The translations under genes were made by a program, and so were the position numbers. Shown in pieces: positions 27,422-36,063 of a DNA stretch of 64,000 bases (position 1 is the stretch's first letter; each line of letters opens with the position of its first letter). Source of the stretch: an uncultured Clostridia bacterium (GTDB lineage: Bacteria; Bacillota; Clostridia; Christensenellales; UBA3700); NCBI GenBank assembly GCA_944381275.1, contig CALWKO010000002.1, forward strand, positions 14,436 through 78,435. The letters are read 5' to 3'. The notes beneath the pieces are model-generated. The model did not search any database, had not been told where the DNA came from, and saw nothing but the letters and a program-made list of their open reading frames with translations.

Positions 27422-28747
27422 TTAAAAGGGCATTCTAAAGCCGCGCTTGCCCATATTGGACATACGGCTCATCATTTCCCTTACCTGCGCGAACTGCTTG
27501 AGCAAGGAGTTCACGTCCTGTATGGTGGTTCCGCTTCCCGCGGCAATCCTCTTTTTGTGCGAGCCCTTTATGCTGTCCGGGTTCTGCCTTTCGTAAGGGG
27601 TCATGGACTGGATTATGGCTTTCACCTTCTTCATCTTGCTCTCGTCCACGCTTAGATCCTGCCCCTTCAGCTTGCCCGCCATGCCGGGGATCATGCCTAT
27701 CATCTGGGAAACGTCGCCCATATTCTTCATCTTGTCTATCTGCGCAAGGTAGTCTTCCAGCGTGAAGGTCTTTTCCCTCATCTTACGCTGCATTTCGCGC
27801 GCTTCTTCTTCCGTATATGCGCTCTGCGCCTTTTCTATCAGGGTGAGCACGTCGCCCATGCCAAGTATGCGCGACGCCATGCGCTCGGGGTGGAATACTT
27901 CGATGTCGGAAAGTTTTTCGCCCGTGCCGCAGAATTTGATGGGCTTGCCCGTAACCGCCCTTATGGAAAGAGCCGCGCCGCCGCGTGTGTCGCCGTCGAG
28001 CTTGGTGAGCACCACGCCCGTCACGTCCATCACGTCGTTGAAGGCTTTTGCAACATTCACCGCGTCCTGACCCGTCATGGCGTCCACCACGAGCAAGATT
28101 TCGTCCGGGCTGAATGTCTTTTTGAGCCCGGAGATTTCGTCCATCAGCTTGTCGTCGATGTGAAGTCTGCCGGCAGTGTCCACTATAAGGGTGTCGTAAC
28201 CTTTGGATTCTGCCTCCTGAATTGCGCCCTTGACTATCTTCTGCGGATCTATCTGCCCCATTTCAAAAACGGGAACGTCCGCGCTCTTACCTACCACTTG
28301 AAGCTGCTTTATTGCGGCGGGGCGATATATGTCGCACGCCACCAAGAGAGGCTTTTTGCCCTGCTTCCTGAGCATAACCGCGAGCTTTCCGCACATCGTG
28401 GTCTTGCCGCCGCCCTGCAAGCCGCACATCAAAATTATCGTGGGGGGCTTGTCCGCCACCTTCAATTTGGCGGAATCGCCGCCCATGATGGCGGTGAGTT
28501 CGTCCTTCACTATCGCAATTACCTGCTGCGCGGGGGAGAGGCTTTTAAGCACCTGCTCGCCCACGGCTTTTTCGCTCACGTTGTTTATAAACTGCTTTAC
28601 CACCGACAAATTCACGTCAGCTTCGAGCAGAGCTATGCGCACTTCGCGCATGGCGCTTTTTACTTCCAGCTCGGTAAGCTTACCCTTATCCTTCAGCTTG
28701 GAAAATATGTGTGACAATCTTTCGCTAAGTCCGCTGAATGCGCCCAT
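27422..28747 (-). CDS. ffh: Signal recognition particle protein Ffh
   Basis: 441 aa. NG domain with GLQGGGKTT, DTAGR and TKLDGD. The Met-rich M domain contains GMGD and MIPGM. Confidence 0.97.
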   Translation of the reverse strand: MGAFSGLSERLSHIFSKLKDKGKLTELEVKSAMREVRIALLEADVNLSVVKQFINNVSEKAVGEQVLKSLSPAQQVIAIVKDELTAIMGGDSAKLKVADKPPTIILMCGLQGGGKTTMCGKLAVMLRKQGKKPLLVACDIYRPAAIKQLQVVGKSADVPVFEMGQIDPQKIVKGAIQEAESKGYDTLIVDTAGRLHIDDKLMDEISGLKKTFSPDEILLVVDAMTGQDAVNVAKAFNDVMDVTGVVLTKLDGDTRGGAALSIRAVTGKPIKFCGTGEKLSDIEVFHPERMASRILGMGDVLTLIEKAQSAYTEEEAREMQRKMREKTFTLEDYLAQIDKMKNMGDVSQMIGMIPGMAGKLKGQDLSVDESKMKKVKAIIQSMTPYERQNPDSIKGSHKKRIAAGSGTTIQDVNSLLKQFAQVREMMSRMSNMGKRGFRMPF

Positions 28748-28760
28748 CTGTTTCTCCTTA

Positions 28761-29084
28761 TCAGTTATCCAAAAGGTCTTTCGCCTTTTTCACCATCTGC
28801 GCCACCCGCTCGTCACCGTACTTTTCCATCTCATCGAGCAGTATGCGCAGCTTATCGGATTTCTCCACCATCTTCAGCTTGCGCTCCGTTTCGATAAGGG
28901 TGCGCTCGGCACGTTTGAGCGTGTCGGAAACGCCCTGCGGCGATATGGAGTGCGCCTCGGCTATCTCGCCCAACGACATATCGCGGTTGTAGTACATATC
29001 CACGAGCTCGCGCTGATAGTCGGTGAGCAGCGCCCCGTAATAGTCGTTATACAATCCGATGTAGAGTTTATCCTTCTTTTCCAT
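28761..29084 (-). CDS. ylxM: YlxM/UPF0122 putative helix-turn-helix protein
   Basis: Start moved to ATG 29084 (MEKKDKLYIGLYNDYYG) because the track start at 29141 lies inside the promoter at 29127-29155. Contains LTDYQRELVDMYYNRDMSLGEIA, a sigma-70 region-4-like HTH. Lies upstream of ffh. Confidence 0.85.
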   Translation of the reverse strand: MEKKDKLYIGLYNDYYGALLTDYQRELVDMYYNRDMSLGEIAEAHSISPQGVSDTLKRAERTLIETERKLKMVEKSDKLRILLDEMEKYGDERVAQMVKKAKDLLDN

Positions 29085-29126
29085 AGCCTTCAAGTAAAAA
29101 TACTTGTTAAAGCATTTTTCCTTTAT

Positions 29127-29155
29127 ATTATACACGGGCAAAATGCTGCTGTCAA
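29127..29155 (-). promoter_or_regulatory. Perfect-consensus sigma-70 promoter (TTGACA-17-TATAAT) for ylxM-ffh, with an AT-rich UP-like tract
   Basis: The minus strand reads AAATTTATTTTAATTTTG, then TTGACA, then GCAGCATTTTGCCCGTG (17 nt), then TATAAT. It lies 42 nt upstream of ATG 29084. Confidence 0.75.
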
Positions 29156-29193
29156 CAAAATTAAAATAAATTTGCCCCCGTTTTTTAGAGTTA

Positions 29194-29428
29194 CACCTTT
29201 ACCCAACCTTGTTAAAACACTTTAAGCGGGTGCCTTCCGCCCATTTTTGCACGATATGCCGACTCGTAGTAGCGCTGCTACAACTTCGCGACATCTCGCA
29301 CAAAACTGAACGAAATCCACCTCGCTAAAAGCAAGCATTTTACAAATAATATACAGCTCAAACAAATAAGTATATCCGTTAAAAACTTATACATGTAAAA
29401 TGTGTTCCAACAAGGTTGGGTAAAGGTG
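29194..29428. repeat. 27-bp inverted repeat (25/27 matches) bracketing a 181-bp cassette. Nature unknown: structured RNA, invertible segment or MITE-like element
   Basis: The left arm, 29194-29220, is CACCTTTACCCAACCTTGTTAAAACAC. The right arm, 29402-29428, is GTGTTCCAACAAGGTTGGGTAAAGGTG, whose reverse complement differs only by GG versus AA. A T7 run (29430-29436) follows the right arm on the plus strand. The interior is half AT-rich with nested repeats (CATTTTACA...TGTAAAATG) and half GC-hairpin-rich. Confidence 0.85.
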
Positions 29429-29440
29429 CTTTTTTTAATT

Positions 29441-30340
29441 TTATTGTTCGAAGATGGAATCGATAAACGTGCGCGCGCCGAATTCCGCAAGGTCGTCTAT
29501 CTTCTCGCCCACGCCCACGAATATCACGGGCAGTTCCCTTTCCGCGGAGATGGCGAACACCACTCCGCCCTTCGCCGTGCCGTCCATCTTGTTCAAGATT
29601 ATGCCGTCCACGTCGATAATCTCGTCGAATGCCTCCACTTGAGAAAGCGCGTTCTGCCCCGTGGTGGCGTCGAGCACGATATAGGTGCGGTAATCCGCGT
29701 CCGGGCATTCCCTCTCCACCACCTTATTTATCTTGGAGAGCTCGTTCATCAAGTTCTTCTTGTTCTGCAATCTGCCGGCAGTGTCGATCAATACGACGTC
29801 CGTGCCCTTCGCCTTTGCGGATGAGAGGGCGTCGAATACCACGGCGGCGGGATCGGAGCCTTCCTCGTGCTTGATGAGGCGCACTCCCGCGCGCTGCGAC
29901 CACACTTCGAGCTGCTCGCCCGCAGCCGCCCTAAATGTGTCGGCAGCCGCCATAACAACGCTTTTTCCTTTATCCTTGAAGTATTTTGCCAGCTTGCCTA
30001 CCGCCGTGGTCTTGCCTACGCCATTCACGCCCGCAACCAAAATTATCAGCGGATATTCATAGGGCGCCACGTCGTAATCGATGCTCTCGACCATGATGTC
30101 CTTCAAAAGCTCCCTTGCGTCCTCCGCCTTTGAAATGCGCCTTTCAAAGCACTCGTCCTTAAAGCGCTCCAATATCTGCTCGGCGGCTTCCACGCCCAAA
30201 TCGGAAGAGATGAGCACGTTTTCCAAGTCGTCGAAAAACTCGTCGTCCAGCGCCCTGCCCGTGAACAGGGAGTAGAACTTTTTTGCAATGGCTTCCTTTG
30301 TCTTTTTTAATCCTTGTGCAAGTTTACTGAATAATCCCAT
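29441..30340 (-). CDS. ftsY: Signal recognition particle receptor FtsY
   Basis: 299 aa. NG domain with GVNGVGKTT, DTAGR and NKMDGTAKGG. Confidence 0.95.
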   Translation of the reverse strand: MGLFSKLAQGLKKTKEAIAKKFYSLFTGRALDDEFFDDLENVLISSDLGVEAAEQILERFKDECFERRISKAEDARELLKDIMVESIDYDVAPYEYPLIILVAGVNGVGKTTAVGKLAKYFKDKGKSVVMAAADTFRAAAGEQLEVWSQRAGVRLIKHEEGSDPAAVVFDALSSAKAKGTDVVLIDTAGRLQNKKNLMNELSKINKVVERECPDADYRTYIVLDATTGQNALSQVEAFDEIIDVDGIILNKMDGTAKGGVVFAISAERELPVIFVGVGEKIDDLAEFGARTFIDSIFEQ

Positions 30341-30349
30341 TTATGTACC

Positions 30350-33300
30350 TCAATCGGAACTGCTGTGTTTCACCGCTTCTTTCAACGATACCGACACCAC
30401 GTCGGAAACGCCGAGCTCCTGCATGGTCACGCCGTAGAGCATGTCCGCCTGCTCCATGGAGGGCTTGCGGTGAGTGATGACTATAAATTGCGTGCTGTCG
30501 GAAAATCTCTTTAAGTAGCGCGCAAATATATCCACGTTGGATTCGTCCAAAGCCGCGTCTATTTCGTCCAGGATGCAGAACGGCATGGGACGAAGGCGCA
30601 AAATTGCAAACAATATGCAGATTGCGGTAAGCGCCTGCTCGCCGCCGGAAAGCTGCGAGAGGTTCTTTAAATTCTTGCCGGGGGGCTCGGCGTAGATCTC
30701 TATGCCCGCTTCGAGGGGATCTTCCGCATTGTCCAAATCCACTTCCAGCCTGCCTGTGCCGCCGCCGAACATCTCGGAGAATATCGTTTGGAAGTTGGCG
30801 TTGATCTTCTTAAACTCCCTGTCGAAGCGCTCCTGCATCTCCTTGCTCAAGGTGGCGATTATCTCCATGATGTCCGCCTGAGCCTTGCGCATGTCGTCGC
30901 GCTGGGCGGCAAGTTCGTCGTGCCTGCCCTTCGTCTCCTTATACATGTCGATGGAGTCCAAACTTACGGGGCCCAACTTTGACATGGCGCGCCTAAGCTT
31001 GGCAATCTCGCCCACCGCCTTTTCGTGGTCGAAGTCCGCGCGGCGGAAGCGCACGGCGCCCGCATAGTCGAGCTCGTATTCTTCGGCTATATGCACGCGC
31101 ATCTCTTCCGCGTCCTCATCTATCTTCTGCATCTTGGCTTCCTGCCTCACCTTTTCCTCGTTGGCGGAAATGGTGCTCTTGGTCAAATTGTCCTTAGAAA
31201 CCAAAATGGCGGCGATGTCTTCGTCGAGCTTATTCTTATATTCGTCCAGCTTAGAGATCTTTTCCTTTATCTCCGCCTGGCGCTTTTTGTCCTCGGCGCT
31301 GACTACGGCGTTGTCGATATCCGATTCCGTCTGCTTTATCTTGTCTTCGGTATCCGAAAGGGCGCTCCTTATGGCGGCATGCTCTTCTTTGAGTGCGGCT
31401 ATTTCGCTCTCCAGCCTGGCGATTGCTTCGGTATGGGTGGCGATGGCGTTTTCCAAATTGGTGAGCTGTACGCGCAATTCGGTCAGCTCTGCGGAGAGCT
31501 GCTTGCTGCGCTCGCGCATCTTTGCGTACCCCGCCCTGCGCTCCTTTTCCGCCTCGTCGTCGCGCGCGGGCATATCCTTGCCCGTATCCACGCTGTCGAG
31601 GGCGTTATTGATGAGCTGAATCCTGCGCCTTATACCTTCGCGCGCTTCCGTCTTTGCGGTGAGGGAAGCGGAAAGTTCGTCGCACTTGCCCGCCGCTTTT
31701 TCCAGCTTCTGCGTGGCGGTGGCGAGCTCTACTTCCGCATTATGGAAGTCCTCGTCGAAGACTTTAAGCTGTTCTTGCAGCTCCTCAGCCTCTTCCTGCG
31801 CCGCCTTATATGCCGCAACCGTCCTTTCGTAGTCCTTCTTCAGCTTTTCGGCGTTATCCCTGTATTCCTGCAAGGTGCGCTCATGACCGAACACGTTCGC
31901 CATGGCGGATTTGTTCATGGAACCGCCGCTTATGGCGCCGGTGGTGTTGAGCATTTCGCCTTCCAGCGTGACTATGCGCACTCCGTAAGAATATCTGCGC
32001 GCGGCGGCGATGGCGTTATCCATATCGTCAAAAACGACCGTACTGCCCAAAAGACCGCTCACGATGCTGCCGTACTTTTTGTCGAAGGAAACCAGCTTTG
32101 AAGCCTCTCCCAGGCAGCCCCTCTCCTTCAAAATACCGGAATATCTGGGGTCGAGATCGCGCCTTTTATAACTTGTGAGGGGGAGGAACGTCACCGCGCC
32201 CAACCCGTTCGACTTCAAATATCTTATCAAGTATTTGGCGTCCTCTTCGTTTTCCGTAACCACGTTCTGCACGGAACCGCCGAGTGCCACGGTCATTGCC
32301 GTTTCGTATTTTGCGGGCACCTTGATTATATCCGCCACCACGCCCTCGATATGTGAAGCCAGCTCGTCGTTGTGCTTTGCCGCCATCATCAGGCGCTTGA
32401 CGGAATCGCGGAAGTTGGAATAGTCCCTGCTGTAATCGGCGAGCAGTTTTATCCTGGATTCCAAGCCGCTGATATTCGATTGGATATCCGCCGACGCCGT
32501 GCGGAATTTTTCCACCTTGGCGTTTGCTTCACGCAAAGAAAACATTATCTCGTTGCGGGAAGAAGCCAGCCTGTCCCTCTGTTTGCGCAGTTTCTGCACG
32601 CTGCCTTCCAGCTCGAGCTTGCTCTCTTCCGCCTGCTTGAGGTCGCCCTTGAGCTCGGTCATCTCCTCGCTCAATTCGTCCTCGCGCTCCGTGAGCGTGT
32701 CGCGCTCGGCGGTGAGTTTACCGTAATTTTCCTTTATATCGGCGATGCTCGCCATGGCTTTGAGCAGCTCATCGTTGCGGCTCTCCATCTCGCGTTCGCC
32801 TTCCGTCAGTTTTGCAAGCAGCTCTTCGTATTCCTTATCGAGTTCGTCGTGTTCGCGCTGCACTTCCTCCTTGTCCTCTTTTGCCATGTTAAGCTGAGAT
32901 ACGTGGTAGGTGTGCTGCCCGTCCTTTTTATCTATATCGTCCTCTATCGCCACCAGCCTGCTTTCCGCTTCCTGCCTGTTGGAAGTGAGGTGCGCCATGC
33001 GTTCTGAAAGGGTGTTGCCCGCGCCGCGTATGCTCTCCGCCGCCACGGCGAGTTCGGTGAGCTCGTCCCTTAAACGGGAAATATACACGTCCGTGTTGTT
33101 CCTGTCCATCGTCATGCGGGAATACTTTTTGTCCGCCTCTTCCTGCTCCGCCGCCAAACCAGTAAGCTGAGCGTTTATCGAATCGAGCGACGACTGCACC
33201 TGTGCTTTTAATTCGGCATTGTGCTCATATCCGTACACGAACTCGTTGATTTCCAAATCGCGCAGTTCGTCGCGCAGCTGCAAATACTTCCTTGCGTCCG

Positions 33301-33931
33301 CGCTCTGCCTTTCCAGCGGTTCAAGCTGACGGTCGAGCTCTTGCAGAATGGATTCTATCCTCTGCAAGTTGTTCTCCGTCTGCTCCAGCTTGGACTGAGC
33401 TTCCTTCTTGCGCTTTTTGTGTGTGGAAATGCCGGCGGCGTCTTCAAAAATCGCCCTCCTGTCCACAGGCTTGGCGTTGATTATCTCCGAAACTCTGCCC
33501 TGACCGATTATGCTGTACCCTTCCTTGCCCAAGCCCGTATTGCGGATTATGTCCTGAATATCCCTCAAACGGCATTGAGTGTCGTTGATGTAATATTCGC
33601 TTTCACCCGAGCGGAAGAGCTTGCGGGTTATCTTCACCTCGTCAAAAGCCAAAGTGGGGAACAGTTTGTCCTTGTTGTCGAAGTAAAGGGATACTTCCGC
33701 AAAAGACATAGACTTCCTCATCTTTGTGCCGTTGAAGATGACGTCCTGCATGCTTTTGCCGCGCAAAGCCTTGGCGCTCTGTTCGCCGAGCACCCAGCGC
33801 ACCGCGTCGGCAACGTTGCTCTTTCCGCAGCCGTTGGGTCCCACGATGCCCGTAATACCGTCGTTGATTTCGATAATCTTGCGATCCGCAAAGGATTTGA
33901 AACCGAAAACTTCTATCTTCTTAAAATTCAA
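30350..33931 (-). CDS. smc: Chromosome partition protein Smc
   Basis: 1193 aa with a TTG start and an AGGAG SD. Contains Walker A GPNGCGKSN, long coiled coils, a hinge, the signature LSGGEQALTA and Walker B FCILDEIDAALD. Confidence 0.97.
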   Translation of the reverse strand: MNFKKIEVFGFKSFADRKIIEINDGITGIVGPNGCGKSNVADAVRWVLGEQSAKALRGKSMQDVIFNGTKMRKSMSFAEVSLYFDNKDKLFPTLAFDEVKITRKLFRSGESEYYINDTQCRLRDIQDIIRNTGLGKEGYSIIGQGRVSEIINAKPVDRRAIFEDAAGISTHKKRKKEAQSKLEQTENNLQRIESILQELDRQLEPLERQSADARKYLQLRDELRDLEINEFVYGYEHNAELKAQVQSSLDSINAQLTGLAAEQEEADKKYSRMTMDRNNTDVYISRLRDELTELAVAAESIRGAGNTLSERMAHLTSNRQEAESRLVAIEDDIDKKDGQHTYHVSQLNMAKEDKEEVQREHDELDKEYEELLAKLTEGEREMESRNDELLKAMASIADIKENYGKLTAERDTLTEREDELSEEMTELKGDLKQAEESKLELEGSVQKLRKQRDRLASSRNEIMFSLREANAKVEKFRTASADIQSNISGLESRIKLLADYSRDYSNFRDSVKRLMMAAKHNDELASHIEGVVADIIKVPAKYETAMTVALGGSVQNVVTENEEDAKYLIRYLKSNGLGAVTFLPLTSYKRRDLDPRYSGILKERGCLGEASKLVSFDKKYGSIVSGLLGSTVVFDDMDNAIAAARRYSYGVRIVTLEGEMLNTTGAISGGSMNKSAMANVFGHERTLQEYRDNAEKLKKDYERTVAAYKAAQEEAEELQEQLKVFDEDFHNAEVELATATQKLEKAAGKCDELSASLTAKTEAREGIRRRIQLINNALDSVDTGKDMPARDDEAEKERRAGYAKMRERSKQLSAELTELRVQLTNLENAIATHTEAIARLESEIAALKEEHAAIRSALSDTEDKIKQTESDIDNAVVSAEDKKRQAEIKEKISKLDEYKNKLDEDIAAILVSKDNLTKSTISANEEKVRQEAKMQKIDEDAEEMRVHIAEEYELDYAGAVRFRRADFDHEKAVGEIAKLRRAMSKLGPVSLDSIDMYKETKGRHDELAAQRDDMRKAQADIMEIIATLSKEMQERFDREFKKINANFQTIFSEMFGGGTGRLEVDLDNAEDPLEAGIEIYAEPPGKNLKNLSQLSGGEQALTAICILFAILRLRPMPFCILDEIDAALDESNVDIFARYLKRFSDSTQFIVITHRKPSMEQADMLYGVTMQELGVSDVVSVSLKEAVKHSSSD

Positions 33932-34066
33932 AAGCGGCTACTCCTAGTTATATTATAATTATTATAACAATATTCCGCCCGTCAACGCAAGCGTTTATTT
34001 ATAAAATGCCTTGCCGCTTAATGTAATATTTTGACTTATTAAAAATTTTTCGATTAAGTAAAACCG

Positions 34067-34690
34067 TTACTTATTCCCTTCGATTGCATGTTTTGCGCAA
34101 TCTATTTCCGCCTGCTTTTTTGACGGACCGAAGCCTGAGGCGATGACTTTTCCTTCTACCACGAGCTCTACTTCCACCCCGTCGTCCGTTTCCTTCACCA
34201 CACGGTAGTCGTAATGGGCATATTTCTCGTTTACGGCGGACTTGTAATCGCGGTAATTCGGATGATCGCTTATTGCGCCGCCCACCGTTTTAAGCACAAA
34301 TTCGCGCGCAATCGCAATGCCCCCGTCCACGCACAGCGCGCCGATGACCGATTCGTAAATATCGCAAACGCGTTTTTCGTTAAAGGGGATATTTTGAGCG
34401 CAGTCAGAGCATTTTTGCAATTCTAGGGCGGCTGTAAGTTTGGAAATTGGCTGTTTTGAAACTACCGCCTTGCGCATATTGGTCAACTCGCCCGCGTCGC
34501 TGTGCGGATAGAGGGAAAAAAGCCTTTCCGAAACCACCGCCCCCAAAATGCTGTCACCCAAAAACTCCAGCCTGTCGTAATTGGGCTCCCCCGTAAGAGC
34601 GGTTACGGAAGGATGGGTCAGGGCGGCTTTGATCACCGCCTTATCCTTGAAAATATGACTCGTAATCTCCTCCGCACGCGCTATATTCAT
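34067..34690 (-). CDS. rnc: Ribonuclease III
   Basis: 207 aa. Contains the RNase III signature YDRLEFLGDSILG and a C-terminal dsRBD (GPSKKQAEIDCAKHAI). Confidence 0.93.
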   Translation of the reverse strand: MNIARAEEITSHIFKDKAVIKAALTHPSVTALTGEPNYDRLEFLGDSILGAVVSERLFSLYPHSDAGELTNMRKAVVSKQPISKLTAALELQKCSDCAQNIPFNEKRVCDIYESVIGALCVDGGIAIAREFVLKTVGGAISDHPNYRDYKSAVNEKYAHYDYRVVKETDDGVEVELVVEGKVIASGFGPSKKQAEIDCAKHAIEGNK

Positions 34691-35688
34691 CTGTACTTCA
34701 AGCCCTGTTCTATCTTTTCGGGCACTCTGCCCTTTGCCATGCCGTAAGCTTTTATGACCGCATTCATAAACGCCTGTTTCTTGCCCGAACCGTGAGTTTT
34801 CACGAGAACTTTTTTCATGCCGAGGAACACCGCTCCGCCCACATCGTCGCTGCTCATCTTGTTCTTGACTTTTTTAAGTACGGGTTTGAGCAGTATATAT
34901 CCCAATTTGGCACGCAGGCCGCCCTGCATGATGCCTTCCTTGATGAGTCCGAAGAGCACGCTGCCCATACCCTCGCTCGCCTTAATGCCGATGTTGCCGT
35001 TAAAGCCGTCCGCCACTATGACGTCCACCGCACCCGTAAGCAAATCGCGGCATTCGATATTCCCCACAAAGTTAATACCCTGTATGCCCGTGAGGAGCTT
35101 GTGCGCCGCCTTGGTTTGGTCGTTGCCCTTCTCCGGCTCCGCACCATTATTTAAAAGACCCACCGCGGGGGAGGTGATGTTGAACATCTCACGCATATAC
35201 ACGCTGCCCATAACGGCGAATTCGCCCAGCTGTTCGGGGCGGCAATCTATGTTCGCTCCGCCGTCCGCAAGGATGGTGTACGTCCCCTTGGCGTTGGGGA
35301 GCACGGGGCACAGCGCCGCGCGCGTTACCCCTTCCGAAAGTCCCAAAATAATGCTCCCGCCCACGAGCAAAGCGCCCGTATTTGCGGAAGAAACCATGCC
35401 GTCCGCCCTGCCTTCTTTCAGCAAATTCAAGCCGACGACGGTGGAAGAATCCTTCTTGCGCATAACCGCCTTGGCGGGGGAGTCGGAATTGGTGATGACC
35501 TCGGTAGCGGCGGCAACTTCCAGCCTGCCCTTGTCGTACTTGTAACCTTGCAAGAGCGCGTTCAGCTCATCGGCATAACCGGTGAGTATAACGCTTAAAT
35601 CGGGGAGCTTATCCAGCGCGGCAACGGCGCCGGCAACGGCTTCTGCGGGGCAATAATCTCCGCCGTAACAATCAATGATTATCCTCAT
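34687..35688 (-). CDS. plsX: Phosphate acyltransferase PlsX
   Basis: 333 aa. Contains IIDCYGGDY, GMVSSANTGAL and HGSGK. It overlaps rnc by 4 nt, and no fabD-fabG-acpP genes lie between the two. Confidence 0.95.
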   Translation of the reverse strand: MRIIIDCYGGDYCPAEAVAGAVAALDKLPDLSVILTGYADELNALLQGYKYDKGRLEVAAATEVITNSDSPAKAVMRKKDSSTVVGLNLLKEGRADGMVSSANTGALLVGGSIILGLSEGVTRAALCPVLPNAKGTYTILADGGANIDCRPEQLGEFAVMGSVYMREMFNITSPAVGLLNNGAEPEKGNDQTKAAHKLLTGIQGINFVGNIECRDLLTGAVDVIVADGFNGNIGIKASEGMGSVLFGLIKEGIMQGGLRAKLGYILLKPVLKKVKNKMSSDDVGGAVFLGMKKVLVKTHGSGKKQAFMNAVIKAYGMAKGRVPEKIEQGLKYR

Positions 35689-35699
35689 AAATTCACCTT

Positions 35700-35731
35700 A
35701 AAGAAAAGGCCGCACACATAACGTGCACGGC
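35700..35731 (-). terminator. Hairpin plus U tract between rpmF and plsX (partial terminator or attenuator)
   Basis: The minus strand reads GCCGTGCAC-GTTAT-GTGTGCGGC followed by CTTTTCTTT. The 9-bp stem includes two G-U pairs. The plsX SD (AAGGTG) follows immediately. Confidence 0.45.
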
Positions 35732-35766
35732 TCGTCTTGCGCATGATAATAGATACCGAAAGACTA

Positions 35767-35958
35767 TTAGTCAGCCTTCTTTTCGGCCTTGCTGACAACT
35801 TCCTCGTTGTCGTAGTATCCGCAGTTGCCGCACACTTGATGGGGCATTTTGAGTTCGTGACAATGAGGGCACTCTACGAGATTGGGCTTGTTCAGCTTCC
35901 AATTCGCCGCCCTGGAACGCTTTCTGGCCTTAGATGTTTTTCCCTTGGGTACTGCCAT
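35767..35958 (-). CDS. rpmF: 50S ribosomal protein L32
   Basis: 63 aa. Begins MAVPKGKTSKARK and carries CPHCHE...CGNCG (Zn ribbon). Confidence 0.95.
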   Translation of the reverse strand: MAVPKGKTSKARKRSRAANWKLNKPNLVECPHCHELKMPHQVCGNCGYYDNEEVVSKAEKKAD

Positions 35959-35999
35959 TTTCGTACACCTCCTATGCTTATAATCGGGTTTGCCTTGCT

Positions 36000-36028
36000 A
36001 TTATATAAGATTTTTTGCGCGTTGTCAA
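36000..36028 (-). promoter_or_regulatory. Perfect-consensus sigma-70 promoter (TTGACA-17-TATAAT) for rpmF
   Basis: The minus strand reads TTGACA, then ACGCGCAAAAAATCTTA (17 nt), then TATAAT. It lies 41 nt upstream of the rpmF ATG and its GGAGG SD. Confidence 0.75.
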
Positions 36029-36063
36029 ACATTTTGCGCGCATTTATTATATAATATAGGTAT

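Noticed and set aside
29221-29401. Cassette interior as SRP RNA (attractive because ffh and ftsY flank it) or 6S RNA
   Set aside because: - There is no SRP domain-IV signature (GGAA tetraloop closed by a regular helix with flanking AGCA/GGAA-type loops). GGGCGGAAGGCACCC does not fold that way.
- The interior does not form the rod-like 5'/3' pairing with a central bubble expected for 6S RNA.
- It is kept only as an unknown structured element.
29365-29401. dif-like sequence (ACATGTAAAAT resembles the XerD arm TTATGTAAA-T)
   Set aside because: - Only about 14/28 positions match the Firmicute dif consensus.
- The XerC arm and the central region do not match.
33932-34066. Promoter and terminator calls in the rnc-smc gap
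   Set aside because: - TTGACG is followed by TATAAT at 13 or 22 nt spacing, neither of which is functional-looking.
- Only a 5-bp GCAAG/CTTGC hairpin without a U tract is present.
- I left the region unannotated rather than force a call.
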